The translations under genes were made by a program, and so were the position numbers. From Clostridiaceae bacterium (GTDB lineage: Bacteria > Bacillota > Clostridia > Acetivibrionales > DUMC01): a DNA stretch of 39,212 nt. The notes beneath the pieces were generated by a model. The model had not been told where the DNA came from, did no database searches, and saw only the letters and a list, made by a program, of their open reading frames with translations. The stretch spans positions 1 to 39,212 of the forward strand of contig JAAZDH010000317.1 of the NCBI GenBank assembly GCA_012512865.1, given 5' to 3'. Shown piece after piece: positions 36,798-39,212 of the stretch; the first letter of the stretch is position 1, and every line of letters starts with the position of its first letter.

Positions 36798-37072
36798 AAG
36801 TTTATTTTTCCAGCGATGCCTTTTTAAAAAGAGCTCATTTGGAAAAGGGCAGCAATTCAGCAAAACCGTGTACCAAGTGCAACTGTATTGCCGGGTGAAG
36901 CTGTGTCGCCAGTTTATATTTGTCCCGCTGAGGTTGATATTCTTGCCATAAACATGTAAAATATAAATAATATCAGTAAATAATATTAATAATTCATGTA
37001 CGATAATTTATGTATGAATTATTAATGCAATATTTTTTAATGTAACATTTAATATAAAGAGGAGGTTTTATT

Positions 37073-38893
37073 ATGGCAAACCCGGAAAGTTTCAAAATGA
37101 ACCCACCCCAAAACAGGTTAAGAGGTAGCCTTCCAAAGGTGGGGATTCGTCCTGCAATAGATGGAAGGCGCAGGGGAGTAAGGGAGTCCCTCGAGGAACA
37201 GACGATGAACATGGCCAAGGCCGCGGCCAAGTTAATCACGGAGAATTTAAAGTATCCAAATGGCATGCCCGTGGAGTGCGTAATTGCTGATACTTGCATA
37301 GGCGGGGTGGCCGAAGCCGCAATGGCCGCGGAAAAATTTGAAAGGGAAGGGGTAGGGGTGTCATTAACCGTTACGCCCTGCTGGTGCTATGGCTCGGAAA
37401 CCATGGATATGAACCCGTATACTCCTAAAGCCGTATGGGGGTTCAACGGCACGGAACGGCCGGGTGCGGTATACCTGGCAGCAGTGCTGGCTGCCCACAA
37501 CCAGATGGGCCTGCCTGCATTCAGTATTTATGGCAGGGATGTACAAGATAAAGGAGATACCACCATACCGGAAGATGTAAAAGAAAAGATACTCAGGTTC
37601 ACCAGGGCAGGACTTGCAGCTGCATTAATGCGGGGTAAATCATACCTTTCCCTGGGCTCGGTTTCAATGGGAATTGCAGGTTCCATAGTGGACCCAGGCT
37701 TTTTCCGCGACTACCTGGGTATGAGAAACGAATACGTGGACATGAGCGAATTTATCAGGAGAATAGATGAAGAAATATATGATAAGGAAGAATTTGAAAG
37801 GGCGATGAAATGGGTCAAGGAAAACTGCGTAGAAGGTCCTGACAATAATCCGCCTGAAATCCAGCGTTCCAGGGAACAGAAGGATAAGGACTGGGAAATG
37901 TGCGTGAAAATGGCCATGATTGCAAGGGACCTCATGGTAGGAAATCCAAGGCTTGCCGAGATGGGATACGGAGAAGAGGCCCTCGGCCGTAATGCCATTG
38001 CGGCGGGTTTCCAGGGACAGAGGCAATGGACGGACCACTTCCCCAATGGAGATTTCATGGAGGCAATACTGTGCTCCTCCTTTGACTGGAACGGCATAAG
38101 GCAGCCATTCATACTTGCAACGGAAAATGACAGTCTAAACGGTGCCGCCATGCTGTTTGGACACCTGTTGACCAGTACCGCACAGGTGTTTGCCGACGTA
38201 AGAACCTATTGGAGCCCTGAAGCCATTGAAAGGGTTACGGGATATAAACCAACCGGCTTGGCGGAAAATGGCCTGATTCACTTGATAAATTCGGGCGCCG
38301 CTGCATTAGACGGGTCAGGGGAGCAAACCAGGGATGGCAAGCCGGCGATGAAGCCATTCTGGGAAATATCCCCCGAAGAAGCTGCAAAATGCCTGGAGGC
38401 AACATCGTGGAGGCCTGCAAGCCTGGGCTACTTCAGGGGCGGAGGATTTTCATCCGACTTCCTCTCAAGGGGAGGAATGCCCATAACGATGTTAAGGGTA
38501 AATATAATAAAAGGATTGGGTCCTGTGCTCCAGGTTGCAGAAGGATACACCGTGGATTTGCCGGAAAAAGTGCATGATATACTTGACAACAGGACGGACC
38601 CAACCTGGCCGACAACATGGTTTGCCCCGATACTTACCGGGAAAGGAGCATTCAAGGATGTATATTCAGTAATGGCCAACTGGGGCGCAAACCATGGGGC
38701 ATTCAGCTATGGCCATATTGGAGCCGAACTGATAACCTTGGCATCAATGTTGAGGATTCCAGTGTGCATGCACAATGTTTCGGAGGATAGAATTTTCAGA
38801 CCCAGTGCATGGTCCGCCTTTGGAACATATGACCTGGAGGGGGCGGATTACAGGGCATGCCTTAATTTTGGCCCACTGTACGGCAAGAAATAG
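37073..38893 (+). CDS. fucI: L-fucose isomerase
   Basis: [35 protein letters not shown]...[14 protein letters not shown] is nearly collinear with E. coli FucI as I remember it. About 600 aa. SD AGAGGAGG. Confidence 0.95.
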   Translation: MANPESFKMNPPQNRLRGSLPKVGIRPAIDGRRRGVRESLEEQTMNMAKAAAKLITENLKYPNGMPVECVIADTCIGGVAEAAMAAEKFEREGVGVSLTVTPCWCYGSETMDMNPYTPKAVWGFNGTERPGAVYLAAVLAAHNQMGLPAFSIYGRDVQDKGDTTIPEDVKEKILRFTRAGLAAALMRGKSYLSLGSVSMGIAGSIVDPGFFRDYLGMRNEYVDMSEFIRRIDEEIYDKEEFERAMKWVKENCVEGPDNNPPEIQRSREQKDKDWEMCVKMAMIARDLMVGNPRLAEMGYGEEALGRNAIAAGFQGQRQWTDHFPNGDFMEAILCSSFDWNGIRQPFILATENDSLNGAAMLFGHLLTSTAQVFADVRTYWSPEAIERVTGYKPTGLAENGLIHLINSGAAALDGSGEQTRDGKPAMKPFWEISPEEAAKCLEATSWRPASLGYFRGGGFSSDFLSRGGMPITMLRVNIIKGLGPVLQVAEGYTVDLPEKVHDILDNRTDPTWPTTWFAPILTGKGAFKDVYSVMANWGANHGAFSYGHIGAELITLASMLRIPVCMHNVSEDRIFRPSAWSAFGTYDLEGADYRACLNFGPLYGKK

Positions 38894-39012
38894 CAAGAAA
38901 TAATTTTGGGATATGACAAGCATGCGGTTGTTTTATTCCTGCAAGCCGAAGCAAGGGTCTTAATGAAGAAGCCGCAGTATAAAAAATTATGCAATATAAG
39001 CATTAATGCAAT

Positions 39013-39050
39013 CCGGGGTGTCGGGATGGATGCCCCGGGTTTTGTTTTTT
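39013..39050 (+). terminator. Rho-independent terminator after fucI
   Basis: CCGGGG (39013-39018) ... CCCCGG (39033-39038) followed by GTTTTGTTTTTTT. Confidence 0.7.
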
Positions 39051-39212
39051 TATTTAAATGTAATAATAATGGTTAAATGTTTAACACCGGTTGATTGTTA
39101 AATTTAATGATAATTTAAAGATAGTTTAAAGATAATATTTAAAACATAATACCTAAAATAAATGTAAAGTAACAACGTATTTTTAAGTATGACAAGGATA
39201 AATATAAAGAAA

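Noticed and set aside
36431-36958. 89-aa plus-strand ORF (36431-36700) and a start-less ~70-codon minus-strand open frame (about 36735-36958) between dctP and fucI
   Set aside because: Neither has an SD or a recognisable family. Their compositions (Trp/Cys/Arg-rich and Ser/Pro-rich) look non-coding. The region is better explained as promoter plus leader.

Overview
This 39.2-kb segment looks like a Firmicutes/Clostridia-type chromosome: AGGAGG/GGGGG Shine-Dalgarno sites, a T-box leader, a SpoIIE-type phosphatase and intrinsic terminators. Most of it is core metabolism and transport. Reading left to right: a GH38 alpha-mannosidase overlapping a RecD2 helicase; a membrane coiled-coil protein; queT; DUF362; a SIMPL protein; a soluble MCP with a zinc-binding CZB domain; a PAS-PP2C phosphatase abutting glnA; DUF951; a GH2 hydrolase; a T-box-controlled ilvB-ilvN-ilvC-leuA-cimA cluster; an L,D-transpeptidase; azlCD; trkHA; a TRAP transporter (dctPQM); and fucI. 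The only clearly accessory stretch is AT-rich, about 25.96-28.9 kb. It carries one ORF fusing a Phd/YefM antitoxin-like domain to a Uma2 (DUF820) nuclease, a divergent MntA/HepT toxin-antitoxin pair, and an orphan lipoprotein. This fusion islet is my best candidate for something undescribed, but the call rests on motif recognition only. The non-coding signals are: (i) a 260-bp element bounded by 30-nt inverted repeats; (ii) a GACACRGGGACRGGGG / GTGACA-TGTCAC repeat family at two distant loci, including a perfect 15-bp palindrome upstream of trkA; (iii) an unusually GC-rich, hairpin-dense 220-nt region upstream of a small ORF; (iv) a queT gene whose start is only reachable through an A9 homopolymer frameshift; (v) imperfect short tandem repeats ('stutter') in almost every intergenic spacer and, in frame, in several protein linkers. 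No rRNA, tRNA, CRISPR array or transposase gene was recognised. All protein calls come from reading the supplied translations, not from database searches.
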